Below the pieces are notes generated by a model. That model saw only the letters and a program-made list of their open reading frames with translations, searched no databases and had not been told where the DNA came from. From IMG/VR virus record IMGVR_UViG_3300028561_000525: a DNA stretch of 64,000 nt, one strand, 5' to 3'. Positions 27,228-35,733 of this stretch are shown in pieces. The first letter of the stretch is position 1; every line of letters starts with the position of its first letter. The stretch is from a virus (Duplodnaviria > Heunggongvirae > Uroviricota > Caudoviricetes). The translations under genes and the position numbers were made by a program.

Positions 27228-27407
27228 GAGAACGATATGGACTTTTTACAATGGTGGTTTGACAAACATTATATATTAGCAACAATTTTTACGCCGGGAT
27301 TTTCCTTCTTATGGGCAATCTGTTATGATTTGGTGGCCCGCGCTTTGTGGTCATTTATTGTCATTTTGATCTATTTATTTCTTCACCTTACCAGTAGGAG
27401 ATAAAAT

Positions 27408-27593
27408 ATGGTAAAACAGATTATCATCAGATATTGTAATGATTGTCCGTACTTTATCAATAATAGTGGTGTTTCTCATTACTTGACAGATTTTTGTGGT
27501 TATAAACTGGAAATGAAACCTATTGAGAAGGGTAAAAAGAAAAGGACAATTCCATCTTGGTGTCCGCTGAAAGATTATAAGAAAGGAAAGTAA
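27408..27593 (+). CDS. CxxCPYF...WCPLKD zinc-ribbon family member 1
   Basis: RYCNDCPYFINNSG...SWCPLKDYKKG. Paralogs at 37269 and 43731. Confidence 0.45.
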   Translation: MVKQIIIRYCNDCPYFINNSGVSHYLTDFCGYKLEMKPIEKGKKKRTIPSWCPLKDYKKGK

Positions 27594-27594
27594 G

Positions 27595-27951
27595 ATGATG
27601 ATGATACGGTTTATTTTGTTGTTGTTGTTTCTTCATTGGGTGACGGATTTTTTTCTTCAATCCGATGCAATGGCTCTACAGAAATCGGAGAATAACAAAG
27701 TTCTTGGAAAACATTGTCTTATATATAGTTTTCCTCTTTCTTTACTGTTTTTGTTTTGGGGTTTGGAAACGGCCGGCATTGCCTTTGGTGCTCTTTTTAT
27801 TTCACACTTCGCAATTGACTATGTGACGGCAAGATTGAACAAGAAGTTCTGGTTGAACAATAAACGACACGAATTTTTCGTGATGATAGGATTTGACCAG
27901 TTTCTCCACTATATGGTTTTGTTGTTACTGGTACTTTATTTATGGAAATAG
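27595..27951 (+). CDS. polytopic membrane protein (118 aa)
   Basis: Three or four hydrophobic helices. Confidence 0.45.
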   Translation: MMMIRFILLLLFLHWVTDFFLQSDAMALQKSENNKVLGKHCLIYSFPLSLLFLFWGLETAGIAFGALFISHFAIDYVTARLNKKFWLNNKRHEFFVMIGFDQFLHYMVLLLLVLYLWK

Positions 27952-28033
27952 ACAATAGAGACATTGGAGCATTGATTACAATGGGAATAGCCGTCGGAAT
28001 AACCGTCGCTCTTTTTCTTTACAAGATTTTGTA

Positions 28034-28474
28034 ATGAATAATTTTTATCAAAGATACATAAGTGAATGTCGAAGGATGGAAAACATTCTGAAAGATGTTA
28101 CCGCAGATTTGTGCCCATCCTGTGATGTTTTATTCCACGATGCCGATGCTATGGGGTGTTGTGGATATTGTGGGCAAATGGATGCCTATCGTGAGCTTTC
28201 AGGAAAATGGTTATCCGATAATCTTTTTTTGAAATTGAAAGAAAGATATAATTGGAATGAGAGATATGGTTTTCTCGATTTGAACAGGGGATGTAAACTT
28301 CCCCGTATATATCGTGCCGATATTTGCCTTACATTTATGTGTGGGGAATTGAGGAAGAGGCTTTCAATTACGGAACAGAAGATGCTCGACAATCTCATTT
28401 CCAGAATATTATATGATAGATATAGTGACCCCGATAACAATATGATGGAAATACTTGACAGGAAATTTGTATGA
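28034..28474 (+). CDS. Cys-rich protein (146 aa), possible YkgJ-like metal-binding domain
   Basis: CPSCDVLFHDADAMGCCGYCG...GCKLP...CLTFMCGE. Confidence 0.5.
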   Translation: MNNFYQRYISECRRMENILKDVTADLCPSCDVLFHDADAMGCCGYCGQMDAYRELSGKWLSDNLFLKLKERYNWNERYGFLDLNRGCKLPRIYRADICLTFMCGELRKRLSITEQKMLDNLISRILYDRYSDPDNNMMEILDRKFV

Positions 28475-28857
28475 AAGAGAAAAGGAAACTCTTGATAGAA
28501 GTGGAAGCCTGGACACTTGATAATAATCGTAACATTGTGCGTATTATCGAGCAGTCTCATAGAAATGAAAGATTTGTTCCGATGAAATCTGGTACAGGCT
28601 TACGCCCCGGCAGCTCCTTTTTATCAAGTAACGGGGTGAAATTGAAATCTGCTGGATGCCCTGAATGGAGAGAGGAAAGTAAAACTCTTTTTGTCAGAGG
28701 TTCACGGCAAGATTACGATACCATAGGTGTTGAAGTATCTCGCGACGATTTGAAACAGATACTTTTTGCCATCAAAGAATATAATATGATGTTCGGTGAT
28801 AAAATCGAAATCCCTGATTTTATTCCAGAATGGGATAGGTTGTTTTTCATCGAATAA
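28471..28857 (+). CDS. LFEI-tail family B member (ends ...WDRLFFIE)
   Basis: GSSFLSSNGVKLKSAG..., paralogous to 16401 and 17538. Confidence 0.5.
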   Translation: MKEKRKLLIEVEAWTLDNNRNIVRIIEQSHRNERFVPMKSGTGLRPGSSFLSSNGVKLKSAGCPEWREESKTLFVRGSRQDYDTIGVEVSRDDLKQILFAIKEYNMMFGDKIEIPDFIPEWDRLFFIE

Positions 28858-28906
28858 TTATTGACCGAAACTTTGTTTTATGATATAATATTGCTTGGAG
28901 TTGAAT

Positions 28907-29170
28907 ATGGCTTTCGTTTGTAAATTATCATCTGAAGGAATATGTATACACACCAATTGCCCTCATTACAATGAGCACGGAAGAATGTATATAGAGGGGC
29001 GAAACGGAGAGCTTGTCGAGGGGCAATATTGCAGTAGGAAAAAATATTGGTGTTATATAGTGGGGAGATTTACCAAGTGTAATCTGGTAAAAACCGATGA
29101 GAAAAATTATTTGGAGCGACTTGGTATATCAACTTCTGGTCGCGGCAGAGGTGGTGGTAGACCGTGGTAA
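28907..29170 (+). CDS. Cys-rich protein ending ...KNYLERLGISTSGRGRGGGRPW
   Basis: RBS GGAG. Paralog of the next gene. Confidence 0.45.
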   Translation: MAFVCKLSSEGICIHTNCPHYNEHGRMYIEGRNGELVEGQYCSRKKYWCYIVGRFTKCNLVKTDEKNYLERLGISTSGRGRGGGRPW

Positions 29171-29364
29171 GAATAAACAGGAAAAGAAGATTGGCAAGAA
29201 AAGTCATTTGTAAATATCACGAAATTTGTGATAGGAGAAATTGTTATCATATCTATCCCCACGATAGATCAAACAAATGTGATTTGACAAGTTGCGGTGT
29301 CTGTGTAATATACAGGGAACCCGATGCAACCAAAAATTATCTTGAGAGGCTCGGTGTTGAATAA
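29164..29364 (+). CDS. Cys-rich protein ending ...KNYLERLGVE
   Basis: Shares the KNYLERLG C-terminal motif. Confidence 0.45.
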   Translation: MVRINRKRRLARKVICKYHEICDRRNCYHIYPHDRSNKCDLTSCGVCVIYREPDATKNYLERLGVE

Positions 29365-29888
29365 TGCCAGAAGCCTGGTTTATATGTGAAAATGCCCGGA
29401 AATGTGGAATAAACTGTTATCACAGTAAGCCACATCTTTGGGATAGTATTCTTTGTGGTAAAAAGTGCCCACATCTCAAAAATTCAAAATGTATTCCAGT
29501 AGGAGAAAGATGTATGACGAATTATTATAACGATGATGATAGAGATAAGTTTCTTGTGGAAGCAATGGACGAGGAGTATATTGACAGGGATGGTAAGTCC
29601 ATCGTGGAAATTGTTGCCACGCTTTATGAGCAGGACTTTGACACTTGGGATGGTTTTGGTCATCTTCTCAATTGGGCAAAAGACGAAGATTGGTGGGAAG
29701 AGTTTATCGGGGAGTATGGTGTGGTCATTTGCAAGGATGAAAATGCTCAACCGGAACACTACTTACCAGTTGATTTGATGGTTCCTGATAAATTTGCGGA
29801 CGCTGTTATGGATTTCTTACAGGAGATGGAAGATACTGAGGAAGATGATAAACAGCCGGATGAAGATGCCTGGAAAACAACTCAATAG
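29364..29888 (+). CDS. protein with a Cys-rich N-terminus and an acidic C-terminus (174 aa)
   Basis: CENARKCGINCYH...CGKKCPHLKNSKC. ATGA-type overlap. Confidence 0.5.
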   Translation: MPEAWFICENARKCGINCYHSKPHLWDSILCGKKCPHLKNSKCIPVGERCMTNYYNDDDRDKFLVEAMDEEYIDRDGKSIVEIVATLYEQDFDTWDGFGHLLNWAKDEDWWEEFIGEYGVVICKDENAQPEHYLPVDLMVPDKFADAVMDFLQEMEDTEEDDKQPDEDAWKTTQ

Positions 29889-29902
29889 AAAGGAAACAAT
29901 AA

Positions 29903-30130
29903 ATGGATAAGATCAGAGAAAATTCTGAACGGATTATCGAGGCCCTCAATAAGATTAGCGAAGAATATCCTGAAGAGAGATATCTCAAAAGTATAATCTT
30001 CACGGCTCTCGCATCCTACAATATTGGTGATTTGACGAATTTTCACGATATCACAAGTGTGTATATGCTTTGGCTCAAAAGAAAAATCGAGAGTGTAGAG
30101 CAGAAAGTGGATAAGAGGAAATTGAACTGA
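29903..30130 (+). CDS. hypothetical protein (75 aa)
   Basis: ORF in the operon. Confidence 0.4.
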   Translation: MDKIRENSERIIEALNKISEEYPEERYLKSIIFTALASYNIGDLTNFHDITSVYMLWLKRKIESVEQKVDKRKLN

Positions 30131-30330
30131 TGAAAAGCAAAAATAGCTGGAGAAATTTTCAAAATCATTGTGATATGAAGATTGACCGGAAGAGGGGGAT
30201 GCGAAACAGGATGAGAAATCTGGAAAAGGAAGAACTCTTGTCTCTGCTCGACAAACATCTCCCTCTTTATTACAACAATTTCAAGCATCTCTCAAAAGGA
30301 GATTTGATAAACTTACTTTGTGAGGAATAA
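30130..30330 (+). CDS. hypothetical basic protein (66 aa)
   Basis: ATGA overlap. Confidence 0.4.
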   Translation: MKSKNSWRNFQNHCDMKIDRKRGMRNRMRNLEKEELLSLLDKHLPLYYNNFKHLSKGDLINLLCEE

Positions 30331-30331
30331 A

Positions 30332-30859
30332 ATGAACCAATTCAAACCAAATTATACACTTCAGGATTTGATTGCCCGCCTGGAAAACCGCAAGTGGTAT
30401 GAGAAGTTATACTACAGAACCTATGGTATTATCCATAGGCTCCCACAGAATACCCGCCATTTTTTCAGATGTATCAAATCTTATTTCATTCGTGGCAAGA
30501 GAGGATGGGCGCCAATGGACACTTGGAGCCTCGATTTCTATCTTGCAAAAACCATCAGGGATAGTGTCTTGTATCTGAAGGACACAACTTGTGGTTATCC
30601 ATCAGACCTTCAATCTATGGACGAATGGAAAGAAATCCTTGGCAAGATCGCGTGGACATTTGATCTTATTATCAAGATTATAGATCTTGATATCTACTAT
30701 TTCGAAGCAGACGGCTTCGAATCCGAGGAAAGATACGAGAAAGCAAAAGAGGCGGTTAATTCATCTTGCCGTGGTCGTGTAGCCACAGAAGAAGAAATAC
30801 AGAAATACAAGGAAGGGTTTGCTCTCTTCCAAAAATACTTTATGTCACTATGGAGCTAA
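30332..30859 (+). CDS. hypothetical protein (175 aa)
   Basis: RBS GAGGAATAAAATG. Confidence 0.5.
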   Translation: MNQFKPNYTLQDLIARLENRKWYEKLYYRTYGIIHRLPQNTRHFFRCIKSYFIRGKRGWAPMDTWSLDFYLAKTIRDSVLYLKDTTCGYPSDLQSMDEWKEILGKIAWTFDLIIKIIDLDIYYFEADGFESEERYEKAKEAVNSSCRGRVATEEEIQKYKEGFALFQKYFMSLWS

Positions 30860-30862
30860 ACT

Positions 30863-31255
30863 ATGAGAAAAATTATCTGGACAATGGTTACGGTTTTGGT
30901 GATGTTCTTGGTCTTTCACGCTTATGCAAATGCACAGGAACATATCCCACAATGGGAGTTAATCGGTAAAAGTGATAAGGGTGAATTGGTATATGTGGAT
31001 ATAAAATCCGCGGTAACTCAAAAAGAACCGAAATATTCCTGTGCCTGGTTTAAATTCGCGGGAGAAAACGGTGATGTTTTAATTCGATTTTATTCCACTT
31101 TCGAAACGAAGGCCGTTTGTTATGATCAGGTCATAATAGGGAATAAGGTGTTATTACCTTTGGATAAACCGTGTTTGATTGTCCAGAAAGATACTATCGG
31201 GGAAGAAATATTTAAGTCGTTGATTATTCTTTACACTATAAAAGAAAGAAAGTAA
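30863..31255 (+). CDS. secreted protein (signal peptide, 130 aa)
   Basis: MRKIIWTMVTVLVMFLVFHAYANAQE. Confidence 0.5.
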   Translation: MRKIIWTMVTVLVMFLVFHAYANAQEHIPQWELIGKSDKGELVYVDIKSAVTQKEPKYSCAWFKFAGENGDVLIRFYSTFETKAVCYDQVIIGNKVLLPLDKPCLIVQKDTIGEEIFKSLIILYTIKERK

Positions 31256-31266
31256 TGGAGGCAAAT

Positions 31267-32151
31267 ATGTCAGATAATTGGTCAGCAAAAAGTCAGAGAG
31301 AGGAAATTCCAAAGTCCTTCTTTGGAAGGTTGTGGTATTTATTGAAACAGAATAAAATAGTATTGGTTGGGGTTTCTACGGCAACCCTTATTATTCTTCT
31401 TTTGATATTACTGATTTTCAATCCTATTGTGATTGTGAGAGCAGGTCAAAGGGGTGTCGTGATGAATTGGGGAGCCGTTCAGTCAAGGGTACTTGGTGAA
31501 GGACTTCATTTTATCGCACCAATATATCAATCGGTTTATAAGGCCGATGTGAGGGTTCAGAAAGCAGAGACACCGGCTGATGCGTCATCCAAGGATTTAC
31601 AGGATGCACATTCAACTATCGCCGTCAACTATCATATTGACCCCGATAGAGCGTGGTGGGTATACCAGAACATCGGGAAGGAATATAAAGAAAGGATTAT
31701 TGACCCACAGGTACAGGAAATCTTCAAGGCGGTTACTGCAAAGTTCACGGCAGTTGAATTGATTACCCTTCGTGAAAAGGTTCGTAACGAGACAAAGAAT
31801 CTTCTCAAGACGAGATTTCTTGAATATGGTTTGATTGTGGATGATATTTCAATCGTCAATTTCAAGTTCTCCGGTGAGTTCACAAAGGCTATCGAAGCCA
31901 AACAGACCGCGGAACAGTTAGCCCTCAAGGCAAAGAATGACCTTGAAAGAATCAAGATTGAGGCAGACCAGAAGGTAGCAAGTGCAAAAGCCGAGGCTGA
32001 GAGTTTGAGATTACAGAAGGAACAAGTCACGGACAAACTGGTTGAGTTGAGGAAAATTGAAGTCCAGAGTAAAGCTATTGACAAATGGGATGGTAAACTT
32101 CCTTACTATACTGGTGGTGGAGTTGTTCCATTCATTGATGTCAAGAAATAA
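31267..32151 (+). CDS. SPFH/band-7 (prohibitin/HflC-like) membrane protein
   Basis: N-terminal TM, then QRGVVMNWGAVQSRVLGEGLHFIAPIYQSVYKADVRVQ...EAKQTAEQLALKAK, which is the SPFH domain. Confidence 0.7.
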   Translation: MSDNWSAKSQREEIPKSFFGRLWYLLKQNKIVLVGVSTATLIILLLILLIFNPIVIVRAGQRGVVMNWGAVQSRVLGEGLHFIAPIYQSVYKADVRVQKAETPADASSKDLQDAHSTIAVNYHIDPDRAWWVYQNIGKEYKERIIDPQVQEIFKAVTAKFTAVELITLREKVRNETKNLLKTRFLEYGLIVDDISIVNFKFSGEFTKAIEAKQTAEQLALKAKNDLERIKIEADQKVASAKAEAESLRLQKEQVTDKLVELRKIEVQSKAIDKWDGKLPYYTGGGVVPFIDVKK

Positions 32152-32234
32152 TAATATAACAGAAACGGGGGTTTTGTGGGATATATCTGCCCCCGTTTCT
32201 GTCTATATACTTGATATTGTTTGTTTTCAGTCTC

Positions 32235-32263
32235 TTGACAAGTTACTTGAAATATGGTAAAAT
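32235..32263 (+). promoter_or_regulatory. sigma70 promoter TTGACA-17-TAAAAT (TGG extension)
   Basis: TTGACA 32235-40, TAAAAT 32258-63. Confidence 0.55.
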
Positions 32264-32310
32264 AATAAAAGGGATTAAAAAGGATAAATACAGGAAAGGA
32301 GTGTAAGTCT

Positions 32311-32535
32311 ATGTTCTCTTTCAACAAATATAATATGAGAACAACGAAACCAAAGGATTTCATCTGTGATGAGAAATTTCTGAAAGCGATGAGAATGGCT
32401 TTGAGGGATTTCGGCTTTACGGTGGATCCACAAATCAAAACAAATGATTTGATGCGCCTGTATCTTCAGGGTCTTGCCCTATATGACGATGCCTTGAGGG
32501 TGAGGGTGACAAACTACAGGGAGAGAATGAAATAA
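32311..32535 (+). CDS. hypothetical protein (74 aa)
   Basis: First ORF after the promoter. Confidence 0.4.
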   Translation: MFSFNKYNMRTTKPKDFICDEKFLKAMRMALRDFGFTVDPQIKTNDLMRLYLQGLALYDDALRVRVTNYRERMK

Positions 32536-33065
32536 TGCACATATCAAAATATTTACATAAACATTATGTTGGATTGGTTCGACATTATGTTGTGTTATTT
32601 CTGAGCTTCTTCCTTCTTTTTTATTTTGTTCACGATTTTTATATTTCACTACCTGTTCCAGTTGAGATAAAAGGAGGCGGGCAGACAGAAAGAATAGAAA
32701 AATTATTGGTGGCAGCCGGTGCACCTGAAAATCGTATTCCCGTACTGGTGGATGCGATAGCAACGGCTTCCAGTTCCACGGGGTTCAATCCGGCCCTACT
32801 GGTGGCCCTGATTAAAACAGAGTCAACATTCAAGAGAGAGGCCATTTCTCCGAAAGGATATAAAGGAGAAATGCAAACACCTTCCGCAACAAGATTTAGC
32901 GAAGTGAATATATTGTACGGTGCCAAAATCTTGGAAGAGAAGATGGGATATGCCAACGGTGACCTTCTTCTGGCTTTGGCCCTGTATAAAGGTGGAAACA
33001 ATCCGATGGCAAAAAGACAGGCCAAAGAGACATTCAATCTCTATAGGCATTTAGCAAAACTGTAA
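32535..33065 (+). CDS. lytic transglycosylase (SLT domain) with an N-terminal TM anchor
   Basis: ALLVALIKTESTFKREAISPKGYKGEMQ...ALALYKGGNN. These are the SLT catalytic Glu-Ser and AYN-like motifs. Confidence 0.65.
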   Translation: MHISKYLHKHYVGLVRHYVVLFLSFFLLFYFVHDFYISLPVPVEIKGGGQTERIEKLLVAAGAPENRIPVLVDAIATASSSTGFNPALLVALIKTESTFKREAISPKGYKGEMQTPSATRFSEVNILYGAKILEEKMGYANGDLLLALALYKGGNNPMAKRQAKETFNLYRHLAKL

Positions 33066-33077
33066 AAGGAGATTTTT

Positions 33078-33281
33078 ATGAGTTTCGAAACTGTGAAAAA
33101 GTTCTATGTGGAGTGGTTACATAGACAAATACTTTTTGTCCTTATGTTGACCTTCATCTTTGGAATGTGTGCCGGTGTATTCGGTGGTAAACTTCTTTAT
33201 GAGTGGCGAATGAAGCAGGCTATCATATTGAAGGGCTTTGTCTATGATAAGGAAGTTTTCGATGTGAAGTTGAGGCCGTAA
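33078..33281 (+). CDS. small membrane protein (67 aa)
   Basis: One TM helix. Confidence 0.35.
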   Translation: MSFETVKKFYVEWLHRQILFVLMLTFIFGMCAGVFGGKLLYEWRMKQAIILKGFVYDKEVFDVKLRP

Positions 33282-33582
33282 TATGTATTCGATTATTGTT
33301 CCTCTTCCTCAAAACTACAATGAAATGTATAACGCACTATGGGGTTGGGTTCCCGATGCCATAGTGCTCTTCATTGTATCATTTATCTTCTATAAGATAA
33401 CAACTTTCATTATAAGGAACAGCTATGATAGATTTCGATGATCCCTGTATCTGGTGTCAAGAATTGGATTGTGATAACTGCCCGTATTATCGTCAGTTGA
33501 CAGAACAGGAAAAAATACAAAACGGCGAGAGTGATCCCGTGATCTTTACGGAAGATTTGTCGAGAAGTGAGGCGGTGAAGTA

Positions 33583-33993
33583 ATGGCTTGGAATAATTAT
33601 GATAGACAATGGGTTGTTGACAGGGAAAATAGTGGTGCGCCCATTCACTTCTATCGGGTGGATGTCAATGTTATGTCACCAGACGGTAAAAAGTATGTAG
33701 GTTTTTTCGCCTATGCAAAAGATAAAATCTATACATCTGTCAAAACCCCCGATGGAAGGGATTATATGGTTGTCACCGCATCCTTCACGGGATTTTCCAC
33801 GGGGCAGAACACTCTTTATATCAGAAATACCCTTACGAAAAAAGAGGGATCTATCGGTTCCTTTGTACCCGAAAAACTTTTTTCTCTCATCGAGACAATA
33901 ATCTTCTCTTATAATGAGAAGGGGGGAATCACAAATCTCAAGGAAACACCAAAAGTAGGTCTGGATGAAAAATTATTTACGATTGAGGATTGA
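33583..33993 (+). CDS. LFEI-tail protein (ends ...GLDEKLFTIED)
   Basis: 136 aa. Confidence 0.5.
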   Translation: MAWNNYDRQWVVDRENSGAPIHFYRVDVNVMSPDGKKYVGFFAYAKDKIYTSVKTPDGRDYMVVTASFTGFSTGQNTLYIRNTLTKKEGSIGSFVPEKLFSLIETIIFSYNEKGGITNLKETPKVGLDEKLFTIED

Positions 33994-33995
33994 TT

Positions 33996-34541
33996 ATGAG
34001 CTGTGTAGTGGGATATGTTGATAACGATGTGATTTATATGGGTGGAGATAGTGCGGCTACGGGTGATGGATCAAGTGACCAGAGATTGAGAAAATCGGAG
34101 AAAGTTTTTCGACTGACAGGGCAAAACGACACGGAAATTGTAGTGGGGTTTTGCGGTTCCTATCGTATAGGTTATTTTTTGAAACATTGCTTCGAGCTTC
34201 CGGCGGCGGGATTGAGACAAGAGCCACAGAGTTATGTCTATCGGTCATTTCTTCCAGACCTTGAAGATCAAATGGTCAGGAACAAGATAAAACTCACGGG
34301 TTCAGAAATCCTTGTGGGGTTTCGTGGAAGATTGTTTCTTATAGAAGAGGATTTTTCACCCACGGAATCTATGGAACATTTTGAGGCCTGTGGTGAAGGT
34401 GGCCCGTATGCTCTTGGTGCTTTATATATCCTATCAAAAGATGATAGATATAAACCGGAAGAGAAAGTTACAATGGCACTTACAGTCTCATCAATGTACT
34501 GTTCGGTAGTCAGGCCTCCATTCAAGATAGTGATGGTGTGA
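33996..34541 (+). CDS. HslV/proteasome-beta-like Ntn peptidase (Ser/Cys at the predicted mature N-terminus)
   Basis: MSCVVGYVDNDVIYMGGDSAATGD...EKVFRL and GEGGPYALGALYIL align with HslV TTIVSVR...IAGDGQAT...KKVRRL and GSGGPYAQAAARAL. Alignment from memory. Confidence 0.5.
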   Translation: MSCVVGYVDNDVIYMGGDSAATGDGSSDQRLRKSEKVFRLTGQNDTEIVVGFCGSYRIGYFLKHCFELPAAGLRQEPQSYVYRSFLPDLEDQMVRNKIKLTGSEILVGFRGRLFLIEEDFSPTESMEHFEACGEGGPYALGALYILSKDDRYKPEEKVTMALTVSSMYCSVVRPPFKIVMV

Positions 34542-34542
34542 T

Positions 34543-34776
34543 ATGGAACTGTCTACAGTAATAGAGTTTACCGCAATGATGTTCGTGTTCATAGGTGTTT
34601 ACCTTGTTTCGTTACCGAATATCAGGGGTATCTATGTGATGATAGTCGCCCAGACGTTCTGGACGATATTTGCTATAATGAAAGGTGCACCATTTCTTTT
34701 GATGCAGAATGTCGTGTTGATGGGATTGAATATCTTTGCGATAAGAAACTGGAAAAGGAAGGGTGTGGGATTATGA
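34543..34776 (+). CDS. 3-TM small membrane protein (77 aa), holin-like candidate
   Basis: Three hydrophobic helices. Confidence 0.4.
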   Translation: MELSTVIEFTAMMFVFIGVYLVSLPNIRGIYVMIVAQTFWTIFAIMKGAPFLLMQNVVLMGLNIFAIRNWKRKGVGL

Positions 34777-34970
34777 TACATTGGATAAAAGAAAGAATAC
34801 TCAGATGGCTCTGCCCGGAATGTCCTGTCCTTCGTGGTAAAGATGTGGAAGCCTTCTTGAAGAGGACGGAAAATCCGGAGCCTTGTGGTCTTGTTCCTAC
34901 TCCCAAATTAGCGGAAGTAAAGAAAATGATATTGGAGAGGTCAAAAGATGATACTGAGAAACTTCGTTGA
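34773..34970 (+). CDS. hypothetical protein with CPECP (65 aa)
   Basis: ATGA overlap. Confidence 0.4.
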   Translation: MIHWIKERILRWLCPECPVLRGKDVEAFLKRTENPEPCGLVPTPKLAEVKKMILERSKDDTEKLR

Positions 34971-35202
34971 TACAGTTATGTTTTATTGGAGAGCGATGAG
35001 CTGGAAAGAAAAGGTGTTTGGTCTTATCTGTTTGGTCTTTCTGGCCCTGTTTGTTCTGGAACTGGTATGGGGGAATTAATCTTTCTGTACATTGTTATCA
35101 GTCTATATTTTGTCATTGAAATTGACAGTTATCTTCACCTGAGAAAACCGGATCACAAGTGTTTGTGTAGAGAAGATAAAGAATATTTGGAAAGGACGAG
35201 AA

Positions 35203-35733
35203 ATGGGAGAAACTAATAAATCACTATTGGATTTTGCATTTAAGGATCTGAATATTTATATCAATCATTTACTGGAAGTAAATAAATGGGAAGGAACAAA
35301 TAGAGAAGTCTTTATGAAGATGGTTCCTAAAAATCGGGGGGTTATCGCGGAAAAATTGATCAAATCTATGTGTAAAAAATTAAAGATTGATTGTGAATTA
35401 CAATCTGATAATAGAAGTGGCTTCGACGCTTTTATTGGTAAAAATAAAATTCGGGTTGAAATAAAGTATGCTGCTGAGGCAAATAACGGGAATTATACAT
35501 TTAATCAAATTCGACCCGAAGAGAATAAGTATCAATTCATTATTTTCTTTTTTCTTTCACCAGAAAATTCGAAATTTTATACAATTAAAAAATCTGAATT
35601 AAAATTCTTGACTCTCAGTAGGCAACATTCTGGTGGTAAGACATACACAATGTCAAATACTAAAAAGAATATGCTCTTCCTCTCAAAAACGGGAACTGGT
35701 TCATTTGTCGAGGCTATAAATAAAATCAGATGA
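35203..35733 (+). CDS. PD-(D/E)xK-like nuclease-fold protein (176 aa)
   Basis: GFDAFIGKNKIRVEIKYA gives D-x(n)-E-x-K. Inference from the motif only. Confidence 0.35.
   Translation: MGETNKSLLDFAFKDLNIYINHLLEVNKWEGTNREVFMKMVPKNRGVIAEKLIKSMCKKLKIDCELQSDNRSGFDAFIGKNKIRVEIKYAAEANNGNYTFNQIRPEENKYQFIIFFFLSPENSKFYTIKKSELKFLTLSRQHSGGKTYTMSNTKKNMLFLSKTGTGSFVEAINKIR

Noticed and set aside
34986-35216. 76-aa ORF MESDELERKGVW...
   Set aside because: No RBS, odd composition and ambiguous start. It could be real but there is insufficient support. The region may instead hold the leader of the nuclease plus rSAM operon.
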